The notes: generated from the sequence alone by a model not told the origin. A stretch of 64,000 nt of DNA from an uncultured Loktanella sp. (GCA_937132065.1 CAKZNT010000015.1:2094-66093); one strand, 5' to 3'. Counted from the first letter of the stretch, positions 48,483 through 61,415 are shown. Numbers and translations are program-made.

Positions 48483-49793
48483 ATGAACATGCACACCTCA
48501 AGCGTGATGGCCCCGCCAGCACCAAAAACGATCGCACAAATGCAGTTGCCGGTCGCGATGATGCGCGACATTCTTCTGAAAACGATCTTTCGGATGAACC
48601 TGAACCTCGTGTCGGAACTCAGCCGCGTAATCTGCCTGCCAGTGCCCGTTGTGCAAGAACTCGTCGACCTTGCCCGCAAGCAACGCCTCGTCGAGGCAAC
48701 AGGCACGCTTAGCGCCAGTAGCGGCAACGAGATGGGCTACCAACTCACCGATCAAGGTGCCAACCGCGCGCAGGATGCGCTTAAGCAGTCGGAATATTTT
48801 GGCGCAATGCCCGTCCCGCTTGATGTCTACCGCGAGCAAATCAAACGCCAATCAATCCGCAACCTGAACATCACCCGCGACCAGCTGGCCAACGCGATGG
48901 GGCATCTGATCCTGCCGCCCACCCTACTGGGAAACCTCGGGCCTGCGGTTGGTGCTGGTCGCTCGATCCTGATGTATGGCCCGCCGGGCAACGGCAAATC
49001 GTCCATCTCGAACGGGATTCGCGACGCCCTTGGGGACAAAATCTATGTGCCCCGTGCCATCGAATTCTCTGGTCAGGTGATCACCGTTTATGATCCGATT
49101 GTGCATAGCGCCGCCGAAGATGACGTTGATGACCCCACGAGCCTGCGGCGCACGTCAGGGCGCTTTGACACCCGCTATGTGCGCTGCGAGCGGCCCACGG
49201 TTATTACCGGCGGTGAACTGACACTCGACATGCTCGACCTTGTCTATAACCCGACCGCGCGGACCTATCAGGCGCCGCTGCAACTCAAGTCGACCGGCGG
49301 CATCTTCATCGTGGACGACCTTGGACGCCAGGTTGATCCGCCCCAGACACTCGTGAACCGCTGGATTGTGCCGCTGGAAGAGAACAAAGATATCCTGTCG
49401 CTCCAGTCAGGTGAGAAATTCGAAGTGCCCTTTGACACGCTCGTGATTTTCTCGACCAACTTTCACCCGAATGCGATCTTTGATAAAGCGGCGTTGCGGC
49501 GGATCTTCTTTAAGATCAAGATTGACGGGCCTGATCAGGCTGACTTCCTCAAGATCTTTGCAATGGTTGCGCGCAAACGGAAAATGCCGCTCGACGAGGC
49601 GACATTGATCCACCTGCTCAACAACCGGTATCCAGAGATCGACAATGTCTACGCGAACTACCAGCCCATCTTTTTGATCGACCAGATGATTGCGATTTGC
49701 GAATTTGAGGGTATTCCCTATCAAATGACGCCAGAGCTGATTGACCGCGCTTGGGCCAATATGTTCGTCGAAGAAGAAGACATCATGCACTAA
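48483..49793 (+). CDS. AAA+ ATPase of unknown function with N-terminal winged-helix-like region
   Basis: GPPGNGKS Walker A, FIVDD Walker B, FSTN sensor I, ALRRI Arg finger. Confidence 0.85.
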   Translation: MNMHTSSVMAPPAPKTIAQMQLPVAMMRDILLKTIFRMNLNLVSELSRVICLPVPVVQELVDLARKQRLVEATGTLSASSGNEMGYQLTDQGANRAQDALKQSEYFGAMPVPLDVYREQIKRQSIRNLNITRDQLANAMGHLILPPTLLGNLGPAVGAGRSILMYGPPGNGKSSISNGIRDALGDKIYVPRAIEFSGQVITVYDPIVHSAAEDDVDDPTSLRRTSGRFDTRYVRCERPTVITGGELTLDMLDLVYNPTARTYQAPLQLKSTGGIFIVDDLGRQVDPPQTLVNRWIVPLEENKDILSLQSGEKFEVPFDTLVIFSTNFHPNAIFDKAALRRIFFKIKIDGPDQADFLKIFAMVARKRKMPLDEATLIHLLNNRYPEIDNVYANYQPIFLIDQMIAICEFEGIPYQMTPELIDRAWANMFVEEEDIMH

Positions 49794-49814
49794 CCAACCA
49801 CGTGGGCAGGCAGC

Positions 49815-50573
49815 TTATTCCAAGTAGCCTGCCGCGACGAGGTTCTGGCGATAGGTCTTGCTGACAGGCACGACATAGCCGTTGGTAAGTTCGGCAACCT
49901 CCTTGTTGCCAACCCGCCTGCCCTCTTTGACAAAGGCGCGCGCAACCCAATGCGAGCGGTGCGTGCAATAGCCGTCCGTTGTGTCCATCTCTTTCACCGC
50001 ATCCGAAAACCGCATCAACAGGCGGTGCACGCTGCCGTCCTCGATTTGCACCTGCACATAATGATCACTGACGGTGATATGCGCAATCTGGAGCGCGAGA
50101 TCGGCGGGAAGTCTGGCGTATAACCGTGGACGCGCCACCTCTACCACATCAGCCTTTTCGAACACAGGGTTCATCAAGACGATCCACAGCCCCAATATGC
50201 CCGCAAAGGCAACTACAGACATGAGAACCTGCCAGAATGGCATGCCATTATCGATTCCGCCCAAAAGCCCCGCGCGCGAAATCAGAAAAACCAAGGGTGC
50301 ATAGATGATTGCAAAGGCAATGGAAGACAAAATTCCATGCTGATAAAGGCTGTGGGACGGAAACACCCGCTCTTCGATTTCGCAAGCAAAGCCGCCCACG
50401 GCAAGCGCCAGAAACGAGAGGGGAACCCAATAGATAATGCGGTCAACAAGCGACATTTCGGCGAACGTCCCGAATGGCCCAGACAGCACAAACACAACGG
50501 CGACCAGCAACGTCACAAGAAGCGTTCGGATACGAAACGTCCTGCTGATAAAGTCAGATAAAAAGTCTCTCAC
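49815..50573 (-). CDS. Membrane-anchored LytTR DNA-binding protein
   Basis: Four N-terminal hydrophobic helices; DHYV...LMRFSDA...THRSHWV LytTR; GTG start. Confidence 0.85.
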   Translation of the reverse strand: MRDFLSDFISRTFRIRTLLVTLLVAVVFVLSGPFGTFAEMSLVDRIIYWVPLSFLALAVGGFACEIEERVFPSHSLYQHGILSSIAFAIIYAPLVFLISRAGLLGGIDNGMPFWQVLMSVVAFAGILGLWIVLMNPVFEKADVVEVARPRLYARLPADLALQIAHITVSDHYVQVQIEDGSVHRLLMRFSDAVKEMDTTDGYCTHRSHWVARAFVKEGRRVGNKEVAELTNGYVVPVSKTYRQNLVAAGYLE

Positions 50574-50695
50574 GTAAAAATCCGCACTGCAAAATGCCCC
50601 AATACCTTTTCACCAAGGTAACGTGAACGGCAAATTGCAGCAAAGGGGAAAAATTGCCTAAAACAACCACTTCCCCCTTCGCCAAGCGCTTGATT

Positions 50696-51589
50696 TTATA
50701 CGGTTAAACCTTCCGGCTCAGGAAGGTTGTTGGCACGGCAACACGCTGTGATTGTGTTGGCCAAAAGGCATGCAATCGTCATCGGACCGACACCACCGGG
50801 CACAGGGGTGATCGCCCCCGCAACCTGCGCGCAGCTTGCATAGTCGGCGTCACCAACTAACCGCGTGCCGCCCTCTGGCTTTTCGATGCGGTTGATACCC
50901 ACATCCACGACAGTCGCTCCGGGTTTGATCCAGTCACCGATCACCATTTCGGGGCGCCCAACGGCGGCCACAACAATGTCGGCCTGCCTGACAACCGCGG
51001 GCAAATCTTTGGTGCGGCTATGGGCAATCGTGACCGTGCAGCTATCGCCAAGCAGCAATTGCGCCATCGGCTTGCCCACAATATTGGACCGCCCGACGAC
51101 CACAGCGTTCAAGCCAGACAAGCTACCGTGATGGTCGCGCAGCATCATCAAGCAGCCCAATGGCGTGCAAGGGACCATGCTTTTCTGACCAGTGCCAAGC
51201 AGGCCCACGTTTGAAATATGGAACCCGTCAACGTCTTTTGCAGGGTCGATCGCGTTGATAACAAGGTCGCTGTCCAGATGGGCGGGCAGCGGAAGTTGCA
51301 CCAAGATGCCATGCACTTTGGGATCATCGTTGAGTTGATCAATCAGAGCCAGAAGCTCGGCCTCGGTGATGTCGGTATCGCGCTTGAACTCGAGGCTCTC
51401 CATGCCGACTTCGACAGTCTGCTTGCCCTTAGAGCGCACGTAAACCTGACTTGCGGGGTCTTCACCCACCAAGACAACAGCCAACCCCGGGGTGATCCCG
51501 TGCTCTTCCTTTAGGCGGGTCACATGGGCTGCCACCTTTTCGCGCACCGTTGCGGCAAAGGCTTTTCCGTCGATCACTTTCGCTGTCAT
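50696..51589 (-). CDS. folD: Methylene-THF dehydrogenase/cyclohydrolase
   Basis: [36 protein letters not shown]. Confidence 0.97.
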   Translation of the reverse strand: MTAKVIDGKAFAATVREKVAAHVTRLKEEHGITPGLAVVLVGEDPASQVYVRSKGKQTVEVGMESLEFKRDTDITEAELLALIDQLNDDPKVHGILVQLPLPAHLDSDLVINAIDPAKDVDGFHISNVGLLGTGQKSMVPCTPLGCLMMLRDHHGSLSGLNAVVVGRSNIVGKPMAQLLLGDSCTVTIAHSRTKDLPAVVRQADIVVAAVGRPEMVIGDWIKPGATVVDVGINRIEKPEGGTRLVGDADYASCAQVAGAITPVPGGVGPMTIACLLANTITACCRANNLPEPEGLTV

Positions 51590-51672
51590 TTTGTCGTCTT
51601 TCGAAGTTAAAGATGCCCGCACGGGCGAAAAGCAAAGGCGGAGAACGTATCGCTCTCCGCCTCATGTGTGGT

Positions 51673-53349
51673 TTAGAACAGGCCTTCGATTTCGCCCGCT
51701 GCATTGAGATGGATATTCTCGGCAGACGGGGTGCGCGGCAGGCCGGGCATTGTCATGATTTCACCGCAGATCACCACAACAAATCCAGCCCCCGCAGACA
51801 GGCGCACTTCACGCACTGGCACGGAATGGCCTGTAGGGGCGCCGCGCCGCTCGGGGTCGGTTGTGAACGAATATTGCGTCTTTGCCATACAGATCGGCAG
51901 GTCGCCATAGCCTTGCGCCTCCCAATCCTTCAACTGGTTGCGGATTTTCTGATCCGCCAGCACCTCGTCGGCGTGGTAGATGCGCTTTGCAATCACGTTG
52001 ATCTTGTCAAGCAGCGGCATGTCGTCAGGATAGATCGGCGCAAAGTGGGAAACGCCGCTTTCCGCGATCTCGGCAACCTTTTTGGCGAGGTCTTCGGAGC
52101 CCTTGGAGCCAAACTCCCAATGCTGGGACAGAACCGCTTCGGACCCTTGGGTTTTGACGTAATCCTTTACCGCTTGCACTTCGGCATCTGTGTCCGTGAC
52201 AAAGTGGTTGATTGCCACGACAACAGGCACGCCAAACGACTTCAGGTTGCCGATGTGACGGCCAAGGTTGGCACAGCCGGATTGCACCGCCTCCACGTTT
52301 TCGGACCCGAGATCGGCTTTTGCCACTCCGCCGTTCATCTTCATCGCGCGCACCGTGGCCACCAGAACCACGCAGTCAGGCGACAGGCCAGCCTTGCGGC
52401 ACTTGATGTTCAAGAACTTTTCCGCGCCCAAGTCAGCACCAAAGCCGGCTTCGGTCACGACATAATCCGCGATTTTCAGGGCCGTGGTTGTTGCCGTCAC
52501 CGAGTTGCACCCATGCGCGATATTGGCGAACGGGCCGCCATGCACAAATGCGGGGGTGTTCTCGAGGGTCTGCACAAGGTTCGGCTGCATCGCGTCTTTG
52601 AGCAGAACGGTCATTGCGCCGTCTGCCTTGATGTCGCGGCAGTAAACAGGCGAGCGGTCACGGCGGTAGGCCACGATCATTGCGCCCAGTCGCTCTTGCA
52701 GGTCCGCGAGGTTTTTCGCCAGGCACAAGATCGCCATGACCTCGGAGGCAACCGTGATATCAAATCCGGCTTCACGCGGGAAACCGTTCGCGACACCACC
52801 AAGCGAGACGTTGATCTGACGCAGGGCGCGGTCGTTCATATCCAACACACGACGCCAAGCCACACGGCGGATATCAATCTCAAGCGCATTGCCCCAATAG
52901 ATGTGGTTGTCGAGCATCGCCGACAGCAGGTTATGCGCCGAGGTAATCGCGTGAAAATCGCCAGTGAAGTGCAGGTTCATGTCTTCCATTGGCACAACTT
53001 GCGCCATGCCGCCGCCAGCAGCCCCGCCCTTCATCCCGAAGTTAGGGCCAAGCGAGGCCTCACGGATACAAACAGCGGCCTTCTTGCCAATGCGGTTTAG
53101 CCCGTCACCAAGCCCGACAGTCGTTGTCGTCTTGCCCTCGCCCGCAGGGGTCGGGTTGATCGCCGTGACGAGAATCAGCTTGCCATTCGGGCGGTCCTGA
53201 ACAGAGTCGATAAAACGCTGACTGACCTTCGCCTTGTCATGGCCATAAGGCAAAAGATCATCACTCCCGATGCCAAGCTTCGCGCCGACCTCTTGGATCG
53301 GTTGCTTGTTTGCCGCGCGCGCGATTTCAATATCTGTCTTGTAAGCCAT
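51673..53349 (-). CDS. fhs: Formate-tetrahydrofolate ligase
   Basis: [36 protein letters not shown]. Confidence 0.98.
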   Translation of the reverse strand: MAYKTDIEIARAANKQPIQEVGAKLGIGSDDLLPYGHDKAKVSQRFIDSVQDRPNGKLILVTAINPTPAGEGKTTTTVGLGDGLNRIGKKAAVCIREASLGPNFGMKGGAAGGGMAQVVPMEDMNLHFTGDFHAITSAHNLLSAMLDNHIYWGNALEIDIRRVAWRRVLDMNDRALRQINVSLGGVANGFPREAGFDITVASEVMAILCLAKNLADLQERLGAMIVAYRRDRSPVYCRDIKADGAMTVLLKDAMQPNLVQTLENTPAFVHGGPFANIAHGCNSVTATTTALKIADYVVTEAGFGADLGAEKFLNIKCRKAGLSPDCVVLVATVRAMKMNGGVAKADLGSENVEAVQSGCANLGRHIGNLKSFGVPVVVAINHFVTDTDAEVQAVKDYVKTQGSEAVLSQHWEFGSKGSEDLAKKVAEIAESGVSHFAPIYPDDMPLLDKINVIAKRIYHADEVLADQKIRNQLKDWEAQGYGDLPICMAKTQYSFTTDPERRGAPTGHSVPVREVRLSAGAGFVVVICGEIMTMPGLPRTPSAENIHLNAAGEIEGLF

Positions 53350-53503
53350 TTATTTTTCCCTGTTCTTGGACGCTAAACGCCCATTTCTACTGCGACACTA
53401 GCCGCCTGCACCCAGATGGCGAGCCGCGATTGCGACATTTTCGCAGTCGGAATCGTCGGAGGCGGATTTTGACCCGTTCCCTAAGGGAAGCTAACCAAAC
53501 AAA

Positions 53504-54079
53504 TCAGGGACGCCAAGCCCGTTGATCAGGCACATGCAGGCGCAATGTGTCGCCAACGCGCAGCTCCCCTTCATGTTCGACCCAAGCGGTTACGCCACGC
53601 TTGCCCGTTGCGGCCGCTTTGAACGGCTTGCCATGTGTCGGATGGTCCATCTCGATCTCACGCGCAGGTAACACGCAAGGGCGGTTTTCCATGTCGATCA
53701 CAAGCGTGACCCCGCTTGGGCCTTGCAGGCGCGATGACGGCGGCACATGGGTAAAATCCGAAATGCCGCGCACAATCATCGAGCAGCCAAGAAGTTGTGG
53801 GTCAAGCGCGCTCATCCCGCAGTCCTGTGCAATCTCGTCAAGCTCTTCTTGCGACAAAACCGAAAGCTGGCGCACATTACGGATTTCGGTCCCTTGTGGC
53901 CACTGGCTTTTGACGCGCGCACATGACGGGCGGGTCAATCCGCTATGGGCTTCACCTTGCGCGCCCGCATAGGTCAGGGTCAGCGTGTCTTGCGCCACAG
54001 AGCGCAGGCCACCACCCTCGGGAACAGTCCCCAGCCAGATGATTTCTCCATATTGTTCGGTCGGCGCCAATGCGGGCAT
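53504..54079 (-). CDS. MOSC-domain protein
   Basis: RNVRQLSVLS, ENRPC conserved Cys, G.L.VGD C-terminus. Confidence 0.85.
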   Translation of the reverse strand: MPALAPTEQYGEIIWLGTVPEGGGLRSVAQDTLTLTYAGAQGEAHSGLTRPSCARVKSQWPQGTEIRNVRQLSVLSQEELDEIAQDCGMSALDPQLLGCSMIVRGISDFTHVPPSSRLQGPSGVTLVIDMENRPCVLPAREIEMDHPTHGKPFKAAATGKRGVTAWVEHEGELRVGDTLRLHVPDQRAWRP

Positions 54080-54158
54080 GTCATTCTCCTGAAGTTGGTG
54101 AACTGGTAACGGCCCACCCTGCGGCAATCAAATCGCAATTTGTGACATCAGACATAAC

Positions 54159-54190
54159 GAAAAACGCCGCCCCGATCAGGAGCGGCGTTT
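54159..54190 (-). terminator. ftsH terminator
   Basis: Minus strand AAACGCCGC...GCGGCGTTTTT. Confidence 0.75.
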
Positions 54191-54194
54191 GCTG

Positions 54195-56114
<1,920 letters not shown>

Positions 56115-56199
56115 GGGGACACTCCTTTAAAATCGGGGTAGATGAGGCGACAGAGTCGCTTCAGACGTTTTCTTTAAAATAGAGGCAAAAACCTAATCT

Positions 56200-57447
56200 T
56201 CAATGCGCAACCAGCGAAGAATGGAAATCCGCGACAATCCGCGCTGTCCATCCTTGCGAAAATCCGGCCAATGGGGCGCAAACAAGGGTATTGTCGCGCC
56301 AAACAGCGGGGCTCGCCATCAGCGACATACGCCCCTGCCCGGTCTCGCGCCAATCAGGACATTGCAAAATGCCTTCGCCCAAGGCGCGGATTTGCAAATC
56401 GGGGGCATGCGGGCCGTCCAGCGACCAGCGCCCGTCCCATATTTCATCCGTCTTGCAGACCACTTGGCGCACCGCATTTGGCTCCCGCCCAAAGCGCAGG
56501 ATACCGTCCTTTAGGGTAACAATCGCGCCCCCCAGCGTATGCGCACCCTCTAGCGAAAGCCCCTCCATAAGATGGTTCATCGAGGTCAGACGCGGCGGAT
56601 AGGGCATGTGTCCCATCCACTGTATCGCCTTGGCACGCAAGCGGCGCACAATCTCGTCAGGGGCATCAGGTGACAAAGGCATGGTCAGGTCCGCGCCCTG
56701 CGCTACGACATGGCGGGCCGCTTCTTGGGCGGTATAATACTCAAGGGCATCACGCGCCTGACGCATCACAATACTGCTATGCTGCAAGGCCTCCGCGCCA
56801 AGGCCAAGGCCGTCAAGCGCGGCCAGCGCATTGCGCACGCGGACACGCTCGAAATCAACATCATGGTTTGACGGATCATCGACCCACGCCACAGCGTTAC
56901 GGTCAAGGTATGCGCGCAGCGCGGCCCGCGATGTCATCCAAAGCGGGCGCACATAGGTCACGCCGTTACGCTCAAACGTTGTGTCCATCGCAGCCAGCCC
57001 GTCAATGCCAGCCTTGCGCGACAGGCGCATCACAAATGTCTCGGCCCCGTCATCTTGCGTGTGGCCAACCGCAATGCGGGGCACATCGTGGCGGGCCGCC
57101 CATGCGGCCATCAGGCGATAACGGGCATCGCGGGCCACGGCCTGCAAATTGCCGTGCCCGTCCCAGTCCTGCCAAAGCAATGTTTCGTGAGGGATACCGA
57201 TCTTGGCGCAGAACGCAGCCACTGCCGCCGCCTCGCGGTCTGATCCGTCGCGCAATCCGTGGTCCACAGTGACAGCCGCAATCTTGCGCCCTGCCCCTTG
57301 CGCCCATCTGGCCGCTAAATGCAGCAAGGCCATTGAATCGCCACCGCCAGAAACGGCGATCCCGATTGTGCCGGATGTGTCGCGAAACGCACGCGCGATC
57401 CAATGAACGAGGCGGATATCGTCACCCGCAGGCGGGGTTAGCTGCAT
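56200..57447 (-). CDS. tilS: tRNA(Ile)-lysidine synthase
   Basis: AVSGGGDS PP-loop, VDHGLR, ARDARY, GHTQDD.AET, DPSN. Confidence 0.95.
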   Translation of the reverse strand: MQLTPPAGDDIRLVHWIARAFRDTSGTIGIAVSGGGDSMALLHLAARWAQGAGRKIAAVTVDHGLRDGSDREAAAVAAFCAKIGIPHETLLWQDWDGHGNLQAVARDARYRLMAAWAARHDVPRIAVGHTQDDGAETFVMRLSRKAGIDGLAAMDTTFERNGVTYVRPLWMTSRAALRAYLDRNAVAWVDDPSNHDVDFERVRVRNALAALDGLGLGAEALQHSSIVMRQARDALEYYTAQEAARHVVAQGADLTMPLSPDAPDEIVRRLRAKAIQWMGHMPYPPRLTSMNHLMEGLSLEGAHTLGGAIVTLKDGILRFGREPNAVRQVVCKTDEIWDGRWSLDGPHAPDLQIRALGEGILQCPDWRETGQGRMSLMASPAVWRDNTLVCAPLAGFSQGWTARIVADFHSSLVAH

Positions 57448-58259
57448 CCGAAGTTTTGCATCGCATCGCGGGCGTCAGCCTCTGCGTCCGTCCCCGGAAA
57501 GCGCAGGCCAACTTCGGCCAACGTCACACAGCCGTCTTGGGTCTGACCAATTGAGCCAAGCGAAAAACCGAGCTTGAACAAGGCATCAGGCGCCGATGGG
57601 CCAGTTGGATTAGAGGAAAACGCCTCCAGATAAGCACGGGCCGCATTTGTCATCTCGCCAAGACCCTCAAGTGCCTCGCCGCGCAGATAAGCCGCATCCG
57701 CCGCTACTGGAGAGCCGGGATAGGTCGTGCCAAAGGCCTCAAGCTGGTCAATGGCGCCGCGAAAGTCACCGGATGCGAGCGCCTCCTGCGCCCGCTGGAA
57801 ATCTTCGCTTTCGCCAATGGCCAACTGTGGGCCGCTAGATTGTGCCGGTGCAGGCTGGGCCGTTGGCACATTCGCGGCAGAATCGACGCCGCCAAGGCTT
57901 GGCGTGTCACCAAGACTGCCGATATCGCAACCCGCCTCTAGCTCGCACAGGCGAAACTCGAGATCACCAATGCGGTTCGTGCCGTCAGTCGTAATGCGGT
58001 TCACCCGAAATTCGACCTCTTCGGTCTTTGAAGTGAGGCGAACCAGCTCCGCCTCAATCGCATTCAAACGATCCAGCGGGGTATTGCCCACCGCGCCAGA
58101 CGTCAACGCACCCGTGGTCGAAAGCTCGGTGCGAAGGCGTTGCACATCCGTGTAAAGCACCGTCAATTGCTGCCTGATATCGGCCAAGGTCTGATCCTGG
58201 GCGAATGCGGCAGGTGCGGTGAACCCGAGGGCCACAATGAGGGCAATACGGTGCAACAT
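57438..58259 (-). CDS. cpoB: Cell division coordinator CpoB (YbgF)
   Basis: Signal peptide, coiled coil, TPR (APDALFKLG); directly after pal. Confidence 0.9.
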   Translation of the reverse strand: MLHRIALIVALGFTAPAAFAQDQTLADIRQQLTVLYTDVQRLRTELSTTGALTSGAVGNTPLDRLNAIEAELVRLTSKTEEVEFRVNRITTDGTNRIGDLEFRLCELEAGCDIGSLGDTPSLGGVDSAANVPTAQPAPAQSSGPQLAIGESEDFQRAQEALASGDFRGAIDQLEAFGTTYPGSPVAADAAYLRGEALEGLGEMTNAARAYLEAFSSNPTGPSAPDALFKLGFSLGSIGQTQDGCVTLAEVGLRFPGTDAEADARDAMQNFGCS

Positions 58260-58271
58260 CTTGGCGGCTCC

Positions 58272-58799
58272 TTAGCTAAGCGACGCGATCGAGATCACGG
58301 TGACAGCGCGGCGGTTCTGTGCATAACAGGACTCCGCAGAACACACCTGAATAGGGCGCTCTTTGCCATAGCTGGTGACGCGCAAGCGGGTCGCAGGGAC
58401 GCCTTGTGACACAAGGTATTCGCGCACCGCATTGGCACGGCGGAACCCGAGGCCGATGTTATATTCGCGCGTGCCCTGCTCGTCTGCGTGGCCTTCGATA
58501 ATCGCAAGGTAGTCTGCATTTGTCTGCAACCAACGGGCCTGACCATTCAGAATGGATTTGCCCTCTTCGGTCAGCGTGGATGTGTCAATCCTGAACAACA
58601 CACGATCACCGATGGTCTGGTTGAAAAACAGCGGGCTGTTAGGATCATTTGCACCTGTCAGGCCAGCCTGCGCATTGGGATCAACCGCGCCAACACCCGC
58701 CGCACCGTCACCAGCGCCCGCGCCAAAACGGTCAGGGCGCGTGCATGCCGCCGTCGTCAGGACCAGACCGATCACGGCCACTTTACTCAAAATATTCAT
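58272..58799 (-). CDS. pal: Peptidoglycan-associated lipoprotein Pal
   Basis: TAAC lipobox, EGHADEQGTREYN, SYGKERP, QNRR. Confidence 0.95.
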   Translation of the reverse strand: MNILSKVAVIGLVLTTAACTRPDRFGAGAGDGAAGVGAVDPNAQAGLTGANDPNSPLFFNQTIGDRVLFRIDTSTLTEEGKSILNGQARWLQTNADYLAIIEGHADEQGTREYNIGLGFRRANAVREYLVSQGVPATRLRVTSYGKERPIQVCSAESCYAQNRRAVTVISIASLS

Positions 58800-58872
58800 T
58801 TTTTATTGTTCCATTTCTGCTCTTTTGCGGGGACATTAACACGGAACGCCGCCGCTTGGAAATAACGCGATG

Positions 58873-60189
58873 TTACGGTTGTAGCGGGCCCCAAGACGGA
58901 TCGGACGCGCCGCCCTGCACGGGCACAGGCTTTAGGTTCCGGCCCGAAATATCCACGGAATACAGCGACGAAGTGCCGCCCGCACCTTGGGTTTCGCGCA
59001 TAAACATGATGACGCGCCCGTTGGGGGACCACGTTGGCCCCTCATCAAGGAAGGACGCGGTCAGCAACCGCTCTTCTGACCCATCCGTGCGCATCACGCC
59101 AATATGGAAACGGCCCGCGTTCTGCTTGGTAAAGGCAATCAGATCGCCACGAGGGGACCAGACAGGCGTGCCATAACGGCCCTCGCCAAAGGAAATACGG
59201 CGCGCTTCGCCGCCATTGCCCGACATAATATATAGCTGCTGGGAGCCAGAGCGATCACTCTCGAACACAATCTGCGAGCCATCGGGCGAGAAACTTGGCG
59301 CAGTCTCGATGGACGGGGCTTCGGTCAACCGCACATGTGACCCCGAATTCAGATCAGAACGATAGATGTCGGTGTTGCCGCCATTTGCGAGACTATAGAT
59401 CACTTGGGTTCCATCGCGCGAGAACCGTGGGCTAAACGCCATTTCGCCCGCAGCCGTGGTCAACTGACGACGACCGACAGTGGCCACGTCCAGCACATTG
59501 ATCCGCGGAAAGCCCGACTCAAACGTGGTATAAAGCACGCGATCACCCGTGGGCGAGAAACGGGGCGCAAGCACAAGCGAGCCGCTATCGGTTAAAAACT
59601 TGAGGTTCGCAGCGTCGTAATCCATAACCGCAAGCCGCTTGAGACGGTTATCCTTGGGGCCACTCTCGGCCACAAACACAACACGACTGTCAAAGTAGCC
59701 GCTCTCGCCTGTGATACGGCTATAGGCCGCGTCAGCCACCTTGTGCGCCATGCGCCGCCAGCCATCCGCCGTGCCCGCAAACTGAAGCCCGCCGCCCATT
59801 TCTGCGCCCGAGAACGCATCAAACAGGCGGAACTTGACGTTGATCTGGCCACCCGAAACCGACACCGCGCCCGTAATCAGCGCCTGCGCATTGATCGCGC
59901 GCCAATCGGCATAAGCAACTGTTTGGGCAAACGCGCTATGCTGGCTGATATAGGCAGAGGCAGGAACCTCGCGGAACAAACCAGTGCCAGCCAGATCTTG
60001 GGAAACAAGGCGGGTAATGTCGGCAGCCAGCTGGCTGGCCTCTGCGTTCTCGGCCTCAAAGACGGGCACGGCAAATGGCAACGGCTCGATTACACCGTCC
60101 GTAATCGTCAGGCGTAACGGACCGCTTTGCGCCCAAACAGGGCCACCCAGCACCAAAGCCATCATCAAGATCATCAATCGCTTCAACAT
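58873..60189 (-). CDS. tolB: TolB
   Basis: PD40 beta-propeller repeats (P.FSPDG); start uncertain (60189-60228). Confidence 0.95.
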   Translation of the reverse strand: MLKRLMILMMALVLGGPVWAQSGPLRLTITDGVIEPLPFAVPVFEAENAEASQLAADITRLVSQDLAGTGLFREVPASAYISQHSAFAQTVAYADWRAINAQALITGAVSVSGGQINVKFRLFDAFSGAEMGGGLQFAGTADGWRRMAHKVADAAYSRITGESGYFDSRVVFVAESGPKDNRLKRLAVMDYDAANLKFLTDSGSLVLAPRFSPTGDRVLYTTFESGFPRINVLDVATVGRRQLTTAAGEMAFSPRFSRDGTQVIYSLANGGNTDIYRSDLNSGSHVRLTEAPSIETAPSFSPDGSQIVFESDRSGSQQLYIMSGNGGEARRISFGEGRYGTPVWSPRGDLIAFTKQNAGRFHIGVMRTDGSEERLLTASFLDEGPTWSPNGRVIMFMRETQGAGGTSSLYSVDISGRNLKPVPVQGGASDPSWGPLQP

Positions 60190-60292
60190 AACTCGCCTCA
60201 TTTGTGTCGCGCGGATTTGAAACCGCACATTTTTCTTACCGAACTATTACATAACCCAAAGGGGAATTCACCGCCTTTAAGCGCATACTTGC

Positions 60293-61411
60293 CTATCGCA
60301 TTCGCATCCCTGACGGATCAAACGTGATTTCAACATCTTTCCATTGGTCGTATTTGTCAGCGGGAAGCTGATAGCCACCGCTCTGACACCGCAAAATCGC
60401 GCGGCGCGCCGCCTGAAATGCGATCTCCGTTGACCCTGTATCGCCCCCAGAGGCAGAGACCTGACGGACATCACTGTTCAAAACCTTGCCCGCACGATCA
60501 AGGCTAAAGGCCACCGTCATCGTGACACGGGCGGCTTGCGATCCGGGGTCCACATTCCAACAGGCATTCACAGCTACGCGAAACCCTTCTTTCTCGGAGC
60601 CGCTCATCGGTGGGCCAGCGGGCACATCAGGGCTGGAAGCTGCGGCCATCGCGGCAGCCAAAGCGGCCTCGACAGCAGCGTCATCAGCGGCACTCGTGGC
60701 ATTGTCACTGCTTGCACTTGTGGTCGTCGCAGGCGTTTGAGGCGCAGGACGGCTGGGGCGCGCAGGTGGGCGCGGCGATGTCTCGACCGCACCTGACGGC
60801 GCTACATCGGCAATCGCAATCTCGGTCGCGGCTTCCTCAGGGGCTGTAGGTTCAACGGCAGGCTCAACCACCTCGGAGGGCGTGGCCTCATCAGGCACAA
60901 CCGCATCTTGCACCACCTCCGACACGGCTGCATCGGGCGGTGGCGGGGCGACTGGCGTTGGGGCAATGCGCGGGGTTGGGCGGGGCTGCGGGCGCGGGCT
61001 AATCACCACCTCGGGCAACGCGGCAACCTCCGGGGCTGGCGGCGCTGGCTCAACGGGGGCCGTGTCTTCAACCTCTGCTGGGGGCGCAGGCGGCGTCGGG
61101 GCAACTGGCGGCGGTGTCTCGTCGGCGGGCTGCTCGGTCGGGGCTGGTGGCGGGGTCACCTCTGGGGCGGCCTCCATTACGGGGGCGTCTGGCGCATCCT
61201 CGATCAACGGGGTCGCTGGCGTATCGGGCTGTGCGGTGCTTGGCTGCGGGGTCGTGGCGGCGACGATTTGCGCGTATTCCTCGCCCGTCACCACAGACAT
61301 CTCCGTGACCTCAAACGGGAACGGATCACTGTCCAATCCCCACCCGAGGATCAGCCAGCCAATCAGCACCGTATGGCCAACAGCAGAAATATAAGTGCCC
61401 GGAGTTTGCAC
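60293..61411 (-). CDS. tolA: TolA-like energy transducer
   Basis: N-terminal TM with His (SAVGH), long Pro/Ala-rich linker, C-terminal AARRAILRC domain. Confidence 0.85.
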   Translation of the reverse strand: MQTPGTYISAVGHTVLIGWLILGWGLDSDPFPFEVTEMSVVTGEEYAQIVAATTPQPSTAQPDTPATPLIEDAPDAPVMEAAPEVTPPPAPTEQPADETPPPVAPTPPAPPAEVEDTAPVEPAPPAPEVAALPEVVISPRPQPRPTPRIAPTPVAPPPPDAAVSEVVQDAVVPDEATPSEVVEPAVEPTAPEEAATEIAIADVAPSGAVETSPRPPARPSRPAPQTPATTTSASSDNATSAADDAAVEAALAAAMAAASSPDVPAGPPMSGSEKEGFRVAVNACWNVDPGSQAARVTMTVAFSLDRAGKVLNSDVRQVSASGGDTGSTEIAFQAARRAILRCQSGGYQLPADKYDQWKDVEITFDPSGMRMR

Positions 61412-61415
61412 GTTG

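Noticed and set aside
53350-53503. ZTP (pfl) riboswitch upstream of fhs
   Set aside because: Expected conserved elements were not recognisable by eye. An Infernal search would be decisive.
60293-61411. Low-complexity Pro/Ala repeats in TolA
   Set aside because: Normal periplasmic linker; no exact DNA repeat array noticed.
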